Source: Callorhinchus milii (lineage: Eukaryota). Taken from it: a DNA stretch of 64,000 nucleotides. Under the pieces are notes generated by a model that ran no database searches, was not told where the DNA came from, and worked only from the letters and a program-made list of their open reading frames with translations. The DNA is taken from NCBI RefSeq assembly GCF_018977255.1, contig NW_024704742.1, positions 78,308,001 through 78,372,000 of the forward strand, given 5' to 3'. The position numbers were made by a program, and so were the translations under genes. Positions 1-12,323 of this stretch are shown in pieces (the first letter of the stretch is position 1; every line of letters begins with the position of its first letter).

Positions 1-164
1 AGCCTCACATTACACACTTCATGTGAACCTAGAACTGAAATAAACATGACTTTACTTCTATTATGTTTGTAGAGACGGACTGTGCAATCTATACTCGTGG
101 TAGATATATACACACTGAACACAGATTATAACACCAAAATAAAAATCTGAGGTATTAATCTGCG

Positions 165-204
165 GATTTTGTTTCAGATTTTGTTTCAGACTTTGTTTCA
201 GATT
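165..204. repeat. 12-bp tandem repeat (GATTTTGTTTCA) x3.3
   Basis: Units at 165, 177, 189 (1 mismatch) and a partial unit at 201. Confidence 0.85.
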
Positions 205-227
205 GATTTTGATCTGTTAGTGTCATA

Positions 228-500
228 CCCCTCTGCTCACTCCATTTGCTTGGCTGACACAAGTTTGTTGCATGCCTCATGACTCCTCCGTGCACCATCA
301 GTGACCATGCCTTTTGTCACTATGCCCCTGATCTTTGGAATTTCCTGCCTCTATCCCTCTGCTTCGTCTCCTCTATACCACCTTAAAACCTAACTCTTCG
401 ACCACGGCTATATTCAACTCCCTTTCCCCCTTCTCCCTTGCTCAGCATCAACCCCCCACCACTATGTAGTGCTCTGAGATGCTCACCCTTTGTGAAGTTG
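228..500 (+). mobile_element. Degraded L2 LINE 3' fragment
   Basis: Resembles the ORF2 C-terminus/3'UTR of intact L2 copies in the window (gccttt..tatgcccct..tggaattt; ctcttcgacc). Confidence 0.65.
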
Positions 501-943
501 TTTCCCTTTTCTTGTAAGGGTAAAAAAAAATCTATCTACTTTCTCCCCATTCTCCCAGTGCCATACAGCATCTGGGCTCAGCCCGGTAGAGGAGGAACCT
601 CTATACGAGCTGGGTTGCTGTCCACACATCACCGTCACCACCAACAACAACCTGCATTTATATAGCACTTTATATAGTGACAATCCCTATTGGCACTGTG
701 AGTCAGAATCAGAGTGGCTGAGGATCTTCTAGAGGTTCTCCTGGCCCTCACTCCCCACCCACTCACAGCTTGATGCTCTGATAGGAATAATAATCCCTAC
801 ATTTGGTATAGCGGGTTTCATATAAGGAGGAAATCTCAAAATGCTTCAGAGGATATACTATAAGATGGGGCGACTGTATTATGTGGGCGAATGCGGTCCT
901 AATTTTGCGCACAGCATACACATGGAAGAGATATATGCACTCA

Positions 944-1130
944 CAAACGTACATATACATACAGAGGAGAAAGAGACACACAGACACACTCACACAGACA
1001 CTCACAAACACATAGAAAGAGAGAGACACACAGACACTCACACACATAGAGAGGTACGCACACACATAGAGAGAGACACACTCACATAGACACTCACAAA
1101 CACAGAGGAGAGAGAGACACACAGAGAATC
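944..1130. repeat. Compound (CA)/(GA) microsatellite
   Basis: Degenerate acacagacactcacac/gagaga arrays. Confidence 0.9.
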
Positions 1131-1334
1131 TCAACAGCGGAGCCTCTGAATGGAGTGAAGGTCATTTCCCACTCATGCCACACTGCGCATATGTGTCTGG
1201 AACTGCCCTGCCCACATTTGTGTCACATAAACAGCGCGTGAGGTTGTTTCATAGCAGGTTTATAGCGGATGGCGCTGTTTATAGGAGATTCCGCAGAAAA
1301 ATTGCGGCCGCACTTTTCTATTGACCCAGGATAT

Positions 1335-1528
1335 GGCCTGCTGGGAGCGATAGTTGAGGCAGAAACCACATTGGCTTTGAAAAGGGAACTGTATAAGTAC
1401 CTTAAAAGGAGTCAGTTACTGGGGAAAGGGCAGAGAAATTAAACTGAAAGGCTTGTTCTTAAGAGAACTGACACAGGTGTGATGAGCCAAATGGCCTTCT
1501 TCTGTTCTGTAAATTTCTAAGGTTCTAT
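1335..1528 (+). mobile_element. CR1 LINE 3' end fragment
   Basis: gttgaggcag..aaaagggaactg.ataagtac..gatgagccaaatggccttcttctgttctgtaa..ttcta tail typical of CR1. Confidence 0.7.
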
Positions 1529-2339
1529 TGTTCTCAATGCAGGTCTAGTCCATATGGTGTACAATATATCAATCTAAATAAAATTACTGAAAGACTTGAC
1601 CATGACATTTTAATAACAGCAGTTGTACCAGATAACAACTAAAAACAAAAATACTTTATGTAATGCAGTATATCAAAGAACAGCACATTTTGCATCCTAG
1701 TTAGGATAAACCTAATAAAGAAAACAGTGTAACTTTTACAGAAGAAGACTGTTTATGATGATCGCAGCAAAAAATGACCTTTGTTATTCCCGTATAAAAC
1801 AGTGACCCTATGACAACATATCGGCTACTTCATTATGAATCAGCTACTGAACAGCTCATGACACCAACCATTTGGTAGGAAATTTAATGGGGAGAAATTC
1901 AGGAGAAAATCACTGAGAGTGCTTTATTACCGTTACCATTCATATCTATAAAACTGTCAGTTTTAAATATAAATCCTTATAAGTATACCAAGCGGATTTG
2001 CTTCCAGGACTCAACACAGTAGTAGGTACGCAATTATCCATTAAATAGATTACCAACAATCTTATATGAAGTTTATAGGATGGAAATGAGGAGACAAAGT
2101 TCCTTTTGTGAAGAATACAAAATAAGGGGCAGGTCAGAGGTAGAAATTCAGATATGGCAGATGTTCTATGCACCAGTGTCACATCTATCCATGCACTCAA
2201 TGCACATGAATCTTCTATGAGACAAGTGCCTGTCTGTAATAATGCAAATACAAGGATTATTATAACCCTGAGCACCCGCTCTTCTGCTGATCAGACTGCC
2301 AGGCATGATCAGAGAAGACTTGCTTATCATATTGTGTCA

Positions 2340-2588
2340 GCTTGGCTCCCTCCCATCCATCTGTCCATTTAAATGGATGTTAAAGATCCCTTGACATGAC
2401 CCCTTGAAAAAAGGAGTTTCTCCTTGTGTCCTGGCTGACAATCCTTCTGGCTGTTTGTGGGAAATTGGAGTCTGCAAATTGGCTGTCATGTTCACCAACA
2501 GATGCAGTCACTACACTTAACAGCAATTAGTGTAAAAAGCTTTGAGATGTCTTGACATTATAGGTGCTGTATCGCATGCAAGAATCAT
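2340..2588 (+). mobile_element. Old DeuSINE (SacSINE1-like) fragment
   Basis: ggatgttaaagatccc..ggagtttctcc..gtcctggc..ctgtttgtggg..aattggctg motifs. Confidence 0.7.
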
Positions 2589-2670
2589 AAAATTTACTGT
2601 AAAGTGTAATGACTGTATTTGTAAGCATACTTGGCATCAAATTTGTGCATAGCAGTGCCTCAAAGATATG

Positions 2671-4145
2671 AACAACAACAACAACAAAATTACATTTGTA
2701 GAGCGCCTTTCACATTGGAGGAAGTCCCAAAGCGCTGAACAGTCAGATATCTGGGCCCGAGAATGGGGAGGGGTGGCTTAGGGGTGAGGGAAGACAGAGA
2801 GGTGGGAGGGAGACAAATGGCACGGTCGAAGAGAAGGGTGTTGAGACCGGCCTTGAAGGAGGCAAGGGAGGAAGCGAAGGGACCATAATAATAATAATAA
2901 TAATAATAATCCTTGCATTTGATATAGTGCTTTTCACGTCGGGAGGACGTCCCAAAGCGCTTCACAGAATACACTGTAAAGTGAATTGACTGTATATTTG
3001 TGGGCGAACGCGGCAGCCAATTGCGCACAGCAATGTCCCACAAACAGTCATGGATTGAAAATGACCAATTTATTATTGTTTTTGGTTTTGGAGGGATTAT
3101 TATTAGGCGTGTGGAGTAAGGAAACTTGCCCAAGGTTTCGCCCTGTCTGGAATTGAACTCAGGTCTCTAGCTTGCAAAGCGAGTGCTCAACCACTGAGCT
3201 ACAGGACCATGGGATGGAGTTCCAGAGTGTGGGGGCAGAGAGGCTGAAAGCCCGGCCACCGATGGTAGAGTGGGTCGGGCGGGAGACATGGAGCAGACCA
3301 GAGCCCGCTGAATGGAAGGAGTGGGCAGGTTGGTAGGGACTCCCTACCAACCTGCCCACTCCTTCCGTTCAGCGGGCTCTGGTCTGCTCCATGTCTCCCA
3401 CCCGACTCACTCGGAGGGGGCAAGGCCATGGATGGCCTTAAAAGTGAGGACGAGGATTTTGAACTTGATCCTCGGGGGATGGGGAGCCAGTGGAGTCGGG
3501 CGAGGGTGGGAGTGATGGGAGTCACGCAGCCTGGTGCGTGAGAGTACACAAGCTGCAGAGTTTTGGATGACCTGCAGTTTGTGAAGGGAAGAGTTGGGAA
3601 GGCCGATGAGGAGGGAGTTCCCGTAATCAAGCTTTGAGGTGACGAATGTGTGGGTGAGGGTTTGGGCAGCCTGAGGGGTGAGGCAGTGGCGGAGTCTGGC
3701 AATGTTGCAGAGGTGGTGGTAGGCAGTGCCGGTCATGGTGCCGATGTGGGGGAGAAAGGACAGTTCAGGGTCAAACAAGACACCCAAGTTCCTGACTCGC
3801 TCAGTGAGGTTGAGTGTGCAGCCGTGGAGGCTGATGCTGCCTGAGGTGCGGAGGTGCTGGCGCGAGCCAATCAGGAGGGCCTCAGTCTTGCTGACATTGA
3901 GTTGGAGAAACCCGTCCCTAGTCCAGGATTGATATCAGACAGGCAGTCAGTCGGGACTCCAGTAGTCCTGGAGTTCAGGGTAGAGGCAGAGAGGTAGAGT
4001 TGGGTGCATTGCGCATACATGTAGAAATTTACGCCATGTCTGTGGATGATGTCACCAAGGGGGAGCATGTAGAGGGTGAAGAGGACAGAGCCCTGAGGAA
4101 CATCGTACGATACGGTGCGGGGGCTGGAAGAGAAGCCGTTTGCTG
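2671..4145 (-). mobile_element. 5'-truncated L2 LINE, interrupted by a SINE and carrying an internal inverted duplication
   Basis: (GTT)n tail; ORF2 peptides [53 protein letters not shown]. Confidence 0.95.
2885..3207 (-). mobile_element. Young tRNA-Ala-derived SINE, short form, nested in L2
   Basis: A/B-box tRNA-like head, shared body, (ATT)n tail; flanking duplication ggaccat at 2880-2886 and 3204-3210. Confidence 0.95.
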
Positions 4146-6285
4146 CGAGTTCATAACCTTAAAGCCTTAAGAGATGACTATAATAATATGCATATTAAAT
4201 GTAGACTTTGGACTTCAGTAGCCAATATATGGTTGATATTACAATTAGATATTGCAGAAAGTCACTAGTAGATTGGATTGCTTCATTCCACATACACAAC
4301 CAGCAGAGGATGATAGGAAGGGACCAAGAGCAAGAACTCCAGCTGGTTAGGAACTCCCTAACTTTGGGAAGGTTGGGGAAAATGTAATCTCCACATATAA
4401 CTCCAGTTGAGACCAGTAAACACAGTATAGTATTTGAATCAGTGAGCTCCTGGTTCCTAAACATCAGCTCTACTCAATACACCAACAGGACTGCCCTAGT
4501 ACATGGTGGAGATGGGAGAATAGTAATTTAAGTTAACTCTGCCAGATCTAAATTGTACAGCTAAACTAGACTTGGAATGACATGTTCAATATGGTCAGAC
4601 TGTTCTGAAAAATTAGTTATGGTCTCAAGAGTGAAGGTGACTAGTTTGATTAAATTTCATCAATTTCCACAGAGCAAAGAACTGAAGTTGATTCAGTCCA
4701 GGCTCCAAGAGGTAGAGAGGCAGTTTCAAGAAGTATTCAAGGAGAAGCAATAGTGTTTTGAAACTGGGTCCAGTCAGACAGATCTTAAATGGTCTTCTCT
4801 GGTCTTGCACACCTCTATGTTTTTACAACATTGGAGTTCATTCACAAAGCAAGGTGTAGAGCCTATTCATGTCAAAATGTCTCAAAGCACCTTACAGTAA
4901 TCATCTGCTTTTGTAAACCAACAAGATTGTCATTTTATGAACAACAGTGTCCCACAACCACCCAACACACCAGAAGAAACTCTTTTCATGAATAATCCAG
5001 ACTAAAGGTCCACCGGCAGATTTGGCTTCACCACACCAAAACCTACTGCTGCACTCTTACCTGCGCCAAATCCTCCTTCTACTCCAAGGTAATTATTATT
5101 ATTATTGTTATTATATAGACCTCTTGAGAATTAAAAACTCTGAGTTTCATACGACTCCCATTGGTGACTACTTGACAACTGTACTTAACTCTATTTCCCA
5201 TTGGTTTACAGATCCTGTTGAACTATTTATTAATGATTCCAGTACCTTGGCCTTAACCACATTCCTGGTAACCATTTCAGACATTAATCATGAGGTTAAT
5301 CTCATTCAGTACAGCAATAAAGACAGATTATTTCCTGATAACATTTCACATTTGGTACCCAATGTAAGCATTGCACTAAGAGCTGCTGGCCAGCAAAAAA
5401 AACGGAGTCACCCCCGCACACCTACCCACCATGACATTCATATTAAAAAGTAATGCATATTCAGGAATGATTTCACAGCTGTAATCTCATCTCAGGGGTC
5501 AGTTACCAATTGTAAAATATTCAAGGTTTTCTCTAATGGTTAATCAGTTCAAATTACTCCCTTGAAATCAACTCCCTGGTGTCATTAAAATCTGTCTATG
5601 CCAGCACAAGCTAAAATTAGAGAACACATGCATGAAGCTGAGATTCCTGTCACAAGACCACAAGAAAGATACAAATGAATGCCCTTCAGTTCACTTGGTC
5701 TCATCTTTCCAGAATAAGGCGTCTTCCCATTGCAGCAGCAAGCTATTTCTTAAATGATTCTAGTGCCTTGGCCTCAACCACCTTTCCTGGTATCCCATTT
5801 CAGACATTAATCACTCTCTGTGTGAAGAAACCCCCTATAAAGTGACCTCTGGTCTCTAATTTGGTTGTATTTGTAGTAGAATTCATCGGCTATTTCTGTA
5901 GTCTATTATTGAGCCTATGTTTATCATAGAGTCTAGGTTTTTGGGTAAAATAGTTAAAAACTTCTGCTTATCTTATGCAATATTCCCCAAGGCTACATAT
6001 ATACAAGTCGTCCTGATACCTGGCCTATGGAGCTGAGACAGTGAGTGCTAGCGGGCTATTTGACCATGGGGCAATAGGTCATTTGAGATAGGGAAATTGG
6101 TTGCAATGCAGCTAACCCTGATCCTGCCCCCACTCAACATCTTCACACAAATGTTTTCCAGCAGGGACGTTGGATAGTGATCAGAAGTTTGAAATCTGGT
6201 TGATGATTTCTTTTCTTTTGTAGCTCATTGACATCGAAGCTCTGACACTGCCACTATGGCCGTTGAGGTTAAACCATTTATACCA

Positions 6286-7015
6286 AACAATACAAAATTA
6301 CATTTGTGTAACACCTTTCACATTGGGAGGATATCCCAAGGCACTGGACAGTCAGAGATTTGGACTGGGGGGATGGGATAAAGAAGGGTGGAGGGCAGGG
6401 AGGATAGGAGGGTGGTTGCAGGCATGGTCGATGAGGAGACTCTTGAGGCTTACCTTGAAGAAGGCAAGGGAGTGAGTGAGGTGGAGAGAATGTGGGATAG
6501 AGTTTCAAAGGGTGGGGGTAGAGAGGCTGAAGACCCGACCGCCGGGTGGGGGATGTGGAGCAGGCCAGAGCCTGCTGAGCGGAGGGAGCGGACGGAGTTA
6601 GCAGGTTACAGAAGTAGGAAGGAGCAAGGCTGTGGATGGCTTCGAAAGTGAGGACCAGGTTTTTGAACTCTATCCTCTGGGGAATGGGGAGCCAGTGCAG
6701 ATGGGCAAGGGTGGAGGTGATAGGATCACAGAGCCTGGTACGGGAAAGAACATGAGCTGCAGAGTTCTGGATGATCTGCAGCTTGTGAAGAGAAGAGTTG
6801 GGAAGGCCGACAAAAAGGAAGTTGGTGTAGTTAAGCCTAGATGTGATGAATGCGTAAATTGAGTCTGAGAGGTGAGGCAGTGGCATTGCCAGGCGATGTT
6901 GCAGAGGTGGGGAAGGCAGGGCAGGTCATGGCACGGATGTGGGCAAGAAAGGACAGTCGAGGGTCAAACAAGATGCCAAGGTTCCGGATTGGCTCAGTGA
7001 GGTGGAGTGTTCATC
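6286..7015 (-). mobile_element. L2 LINE 3' fragment (TATTG-type tail)
   Basis: Peptide AFITSRLNYTNFLFVGLPNSSLHKLQIIQNSAA..LHWLPI; L2 3' stem-loop. Confidence 0.95.
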
Positions 7016-7250
7016 CATGGTTGCCTTTATTTTTGCCTTCTTCGTCCAGTGCATTAACCACCGATCCAGTTTAAGCACTCTGAGATGCTGTCTGGCGTGG
7101 AGGGCATTATATAAATGCAAGATGTTGTTGTTGTTGATCTATCAGATGAGCTCCTTAGAAATAAATCACTTTTTATCTTTACCGACTTTCATTATTGGGC
7201 AATGCGCCATGACAAAGAGAACTTAATGTTTGCTATCAAGCGAATGACAT

Positions 7251-8191
7251 CTTCCACATGTATGCGGATGACACCAAACTCTACCTTTCCTTCTCTACCC
7301 TCAACTCCACGACCACCGATGTCCTGACAGCTGCCTGTTCGACATCGAGTCCTGGACAAGAGACAACTTTCTTCAGCTCAACGTACGCAAAACTGAGGCC
7401 CTCCTGATTGGCTCACGTCAGCGCCTCCGCACCTCAGGCGCTGACAGCATCAGCATCCAAGGCTGCACTCTCCACCTCTCAAAGCCAGTCAGGAACCTCG
7501 GGGTTCTGTTCGACCCTGAGCTGTCCTTTCTTCCTCATATCCGCACCACAACTGGCACCACCTTCCATCATCTCCGAAACATCGCCAGACTACGGCACTA
7601 CCTCACCCCTCACGCCGCTGAAACTCTGGTCCACGCCTTTATCACCTCAAGGCTGGACTATGGGAACTCTCTCCTCGCCGGCCTTCCCGGCACCGCCCTC
7701 CACAAGCTGCAGGTCATTCAGAACGTGTACTGTCCCGCACCAGGCTTCGCGACCACATCACTCCCACCCTCGCTCGCCTCCACTGGCTCCCCATCCCCCA
7801 GAGGATCGAATTCAAGATCCTCATCCTCAACTACAAGGCCATTCACGGCCTTGCTCCCTCCTACCTCTCCGACCTACTATCCCCTACCTACCCGCCCGTA
7901 CCCTCCGTTCCTCTGGCTCCGGTCTGCTCCACATCCCCCGCCCCAACCGCCCTACCATCGGTGGCCGGGCCTTCAGCCTCTCAGCCCCGAGGCTCTGGAA
8001 CTCCATCCCCCAGTGCCTTCGCCGCCTCCTCCCTTTCCTCCTTCAAGGCCGGTCTCAAGACCTTTCTCTTTGACCGAGCCTTCAGCTCCCCTCTCGACTC
8101 TCTACCCCCTCCTCGCTCCCTCCCTTCCCTCCCCTCACCCTGACCCTGAAAGGCGCTCTATAAATGGAATCTTGTTGTTGTTGTTGTTGTT
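7251..8191 (+). mobile_element. Young L2 LINE, 5'-truncated
   Basis: Starts at FHMYADDTKLY; ORF2 C-terminus; aaatggaatct(tgt)n tail. Confidence 0.95.
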
Positions 8192-9361
8192 CTGCTCCTG
8201 TACTGCTAGATTCTATAAGGATTTTGCAGCTCTGCTTAGCAACCTGGACATGGATGCTTCCGATGGAATTTTTATATTATAAGCGTGCACAATTTTGCGT
8301 ACACATTTTGCCTAAAAAACACAGTCACTGCAGTTATAGTATATCCAGTGAAGCACTTTGAAACAGCCGCTGGATGTAAAAGGCTCTGTACAAATTGTAA
8401 GAGTTAGTTTTCTTACTATAATAATAAAATGATAATTCTTCAATTGTGTAATGTGCCTTATCACATCATTGAAATACCTTAAAGCTCTTTACAGGATTTA
8501 CTGTAAGATGCAGTGACTATGTAGTTGTTGATGAATATGACTGAGAATGTCTATATGTGTGAAAGTCAGTGGGAAAGTGAAGCAGAAAGCAATATCAGAA
8601 AATTGGGAAGTGAAGAAATTTGCAATTGTACATTCACCAACTAATGAGTTGATTTTCCTCAAGTGCAACTGAGGGTTTGCAGGCGTGTGATATACATATT
8701 TCATTTTTCAGGACCATTCAGAAGGGGCCTTTGTTTCAATAGGATAACATGCCCTGACTTGTAATGAACAGCTTTGCATTACCTGCCTGGGATTCAATTT
8801 GCTGCCGCAATCCACAATTGTACGCCCTAATTTGTAAGAAACTATTTGAAAATAGTCAATTAAATACACACTAATTTGGCTTAGGCCTCACAGGCAAGAG
8901 GTTCCAATAGGAAATGAGCAAGATTGGAATCATTGGTGCACTCTGAAAGGCAGGCAGTGGCAAGTGGCAAAGCAATTTGCAGAATGCTTCATTAAATTTA
9001 CTAAGATTCCCAGTGGATGATCGGTTGCATATCATCTACCTCGTATTTACATTTTAAATCATAATATGCACTTTATTAGACATATTATGCCTCCTGAAGC
9101 ACCCCGCTCCCCCAGGCTTCCTCCCATCATTGCAATTTACTACAGGCTGAGTTTAGAAGCAGGCTTTTATTGCACCTGAACTCCAATAAAATCTACTGCA
9201 TGACTCATTTTAAACCGAAGGAAATTGCCAGTGAAAAGGGTTCAATTTCTGCACTGAATCAGAGTCTGTGCTCTGCAAAGCAAGTAAATAGTGAACACAA
9301 TGCAGTCCTGAACGGTGCTCCAGAAAATGCAGCCATTTACTTGAGGGAGGGGATTAAAAAA

Positions 9362-9630
9362 ATAATAATATAATAAAATAATAATAATAAAATAATAATA
9401 ATAATCCTTGCACTTGATATAACTCTGTATCATGTTGTTGAGAAGTCTCAAAGCGTTTCGCAGAATATATTGTAAAGTGCATTGACTGTGTATTTTGTGG
9501 ACAAAACTCAGCAGCCAATTGGGCACAGCAATGTCCCACAAATGGTCGTGGTTTGAGTAACCATATTTTTATTGTTCGCTCTTTTGGAGAGATTATTACC
9601 CCAGGTAAAGCGATCGGCCAATTGACTAAG
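9362..9630 (-). mobile_element. SINE 3' portion (long form)
   Basis: (AAT)n then ccttgca..gcagccaattg..aatgtcccaca body. Confidence 0.85.
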
Positions 9631-9904
9631 TTGAGAATGACCAAAGTCTCAGGCTGGCCATTCTGTGCAGTCCTGGTGAACAATGCTCCAGATTAATTGA
9701 TCATTCAGCGCATGGCTGCTTGAAGGACGTTGAAAATGGAATTAGCTGCTGCAATTGTCTACAAATACAATACAAAATTATATTTGTATAGCCACTGAAC
9801 CAGGCTGATTCATGTCAAACTGAGGATGGTTGATGGACCACATTACTTCCTCTTGAATACTCTTTACTGCAACAAACAACTCAATGTTTCAGAATGAGTA
9901 GTTT

Positions 9905-11105
9905 TGCTCCTTCCTCTCCTGCCACTCCCTTCACGGACCCCTCCAATAGTGACAAATGCCATTCTGTCCATCTGCGACCAGGGCTCCCTCTCCCTCCTCG
10001 TCCTCCTTGACCTCTCTGCTGCCTCCGACACCATTGACCACTCTATCCTCATCCACTGCCTCTTCTTTCACCTCAACCTGCATGGTTCTGTCCTTGAATG
10101 GTTCAGATTGTACCTCTCACACTGCCTCCACTTCATCTCCACAAACGGTTTCTCCTCTAGCCCCCGCACCGTCTCGTGCAGTGTTCCTCAGGGCTCTGTC
10201 CTTGGTCCTTTCCTCTTCAACATCTGTATGCTCCCACTTGGTGACATCATCCACAGACATGGGGTCAACTTCCACATTTATGCGGATGACACCCAACTGT
10301 ATCTCTGTTCCTCCACCCTTGACTCCAGGACCACTGCTGCCCTGACAGAATGTCTGTCAGACATGAAGTCCTGGATGAGAGCTAACTTTCTACAGTTAAA
10401 CATCAACAAGACCGAGGCCCTCCTGATTGGCTTTCCCGGCACTTCCGCACCTCAGGCGCTGACAGCATCACCATCCAAGGATGCACACTCCACCTCACTG
10501 AGCCAGTCTGGAACCTTGGTGTGTTTGACCTTCATTTATCCTTCCTACCCCACAACTGCGCAATGACCTGCTCTGCCTTCCCCCACCTCCGCAACATCAC
10601 TCGACTATGCCACTGTCTCACACCGCAGGCCGCTGAAACCCTAATACACGCATTCATAACACTCAGGCCCGAGTATGCTAACTCTCTGCTTGTTGGCCTT
10701 CCCAACTCTTCCCTCCACAAGCTGCAGATCACCCAGAACTCTGCAGCCCAGGTCCTCTTGCACACTAGGCTCCATGACCCTATCACCCCCATCCTTGCCA
10801 GACACCACTGGCTTCCCATCACTCAGAGGATACTGTTCAAGATCCTGTTCCTCACTTTCAAAGCCCTCTATGACCTTGCTCCCCACTACCTCTTCGACCT
10901 CCTAACCCCCTACCCACCTGCCCGCTTCCTCTGCTCAGCAGACTCCGGCCTGCTTCACGTCCCCGTCTCGCCCCCCCTCACTATTGGTGGACGAGCCTTC
11001 TGCACTCTGCAGTTACCCTATGGAATTCATACCGCAGTCCCTTTGCCTTGTCCCCTCCCTTCCCTCCTTCAAGACCCATCTCAAGACCCTCCTGTTCACC
11101 AGGCT
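9905..11105 (+). mobile_element. L2 LINE fragment covering the RT core (frameshifted)
   Basis: RT motifs LVLLDLSAASDTIDH, SVPQGSVLGPFLF, YADDTQLY, followed by the L2 C-terminal domain in another frame. Confidence 0.95.
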
Positions 11106-11139
11106 CCGCGAGTTTCTTCTAAAATACATTGATCCTTTT

Positions 11140-11335
11140 TGCTTCAATCATAGGTTCTGACAGTGAGTTCCATATTCTCACCAACGGCTCCTTTTACTCT
11201 GCTGTAGGCTGTCTTATATTTATCCCCCTTGTTTGCGACTCACGAAACAAGTTGCTAAAAGCTTACCAACGTCCAACTTATCAAAACCTATCATAATCTT
11301 CATAAACACCTCTATCAGGTCCTCTCTTAACCATC
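11140..11335 (-). mobile_element. CR1 LINE fragment
   Basis: Peptide LREDLIEVFMKIMIGFDKLD resembles the CR1 LRGDLIEVFKIM motif. Confidence 0.7.
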
Positions 11336-11983
11336 CAATCTTTCTGCAATACATTGCTGCATTCAATATAGGAGAGAACTTCAATCCAGGAAGATTGAAG
11401 AAACCAAAAGTGTCAACAGCAACAAATTGTCCTGAACTGTGTGAACCCAGTCTGAAAACTACCTCATGTGACTGACTGCTTAGTGAATGTTCCTGGTCAT
11501 GTTGAGTTACTACCAACTTCACAGGTTGATGTCTTCATACCAGACTGCATACAGACTTTCAAAGTACTTTATGCCAGTAGAAACCCAAACAGATGAAGCT
11601 TTTGTTGGTATGTTATACAATTAGACCTATATCTTAACTGAAGACAAGAGCTTACAAATCTGTTAAACCTATCTAACTTCTTGAAACTTTTCCATATCAT
11701 CTTTTTCTTTAGACACATTTTGGGGAATTTCAGTGTGAATTTTGTGAGATCGTAATCTGGTATGCGTACGTGCTTTTGGAGCATGCCAACAATTTACTTT
11801 TATAGTTTTTTGTTGGCTGCCTCTCCTTTATTCGGTTATATTATTTCCTGCTGTTACTGACACGACCATACTTTTATCTGCTTTCTAACATTCAGTGAAG
11901 CTTTGTAATAAGCGATGGTTGGGATCCATAAAATCTCGTCCCATGCTATAACATGGGCTAACAACTAGTTTCACTACCACTGC

Positions 11984-12287
11984 GTGGAGTCCTGTAGCTC
12001 AGTGGTTAGAGCACTCGCTTTGCAAGCGAAAGACCTGAGTTCAATTACAGGCAGGGCGAAACCTTGGGCAAGTTTCCTTACTCCACATGCATAATAATAA
12101 TCCCTCCAAAACCAAAAAACAATAATAAATTGGTCATTTTCAATCTACGGCTGTTTGTGGGACATTGCTGTGCGCAATTGGCTGCCGCGTTCGCCCACAA
12201 ATATACAGTCAATTCACTTTACAGTGTGTTCTGTGAAGTGCTTTGGGACGTCCTCCTGACGTGAAAAGCGCTATATCAAATGCAAGG

Positions 12288-12323
<36 letters not shown>
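11984..12323 (+). mobile_element. Young tRNA-Ala-derived SINE, short form, full length
   Basis: ggagtcctgtagctcagtggttagagc (A box), gagttcaatt (B box), TGC in the anticodon loop, (ATT)n tail. Confidence 0.95.

Noticed and set aside
763..1134. ORFs of 123 and 82 aa
   Set aside because: Translation of a CA/GA microsatellite
888..1316. Possible MITE TIRs (tgcggtcctaatttt / aaaaattgcggccgca)
   Set aside because: Too many mismatches and no TSD seen
9904..10566. RT-motif ORF as a domesticated gene or retron-like RT
   Set aside because: Ordinary truncated, frameshifted L2 ORF2 with many paralogous fragments in the window
11986..12058. tRNA-Ala(TGC) gene (here and at other SINE heads)
   Set aside because: Imperfect T-arm and acceptor stem, and always followed by the SINE body; SINE head, not tRNA
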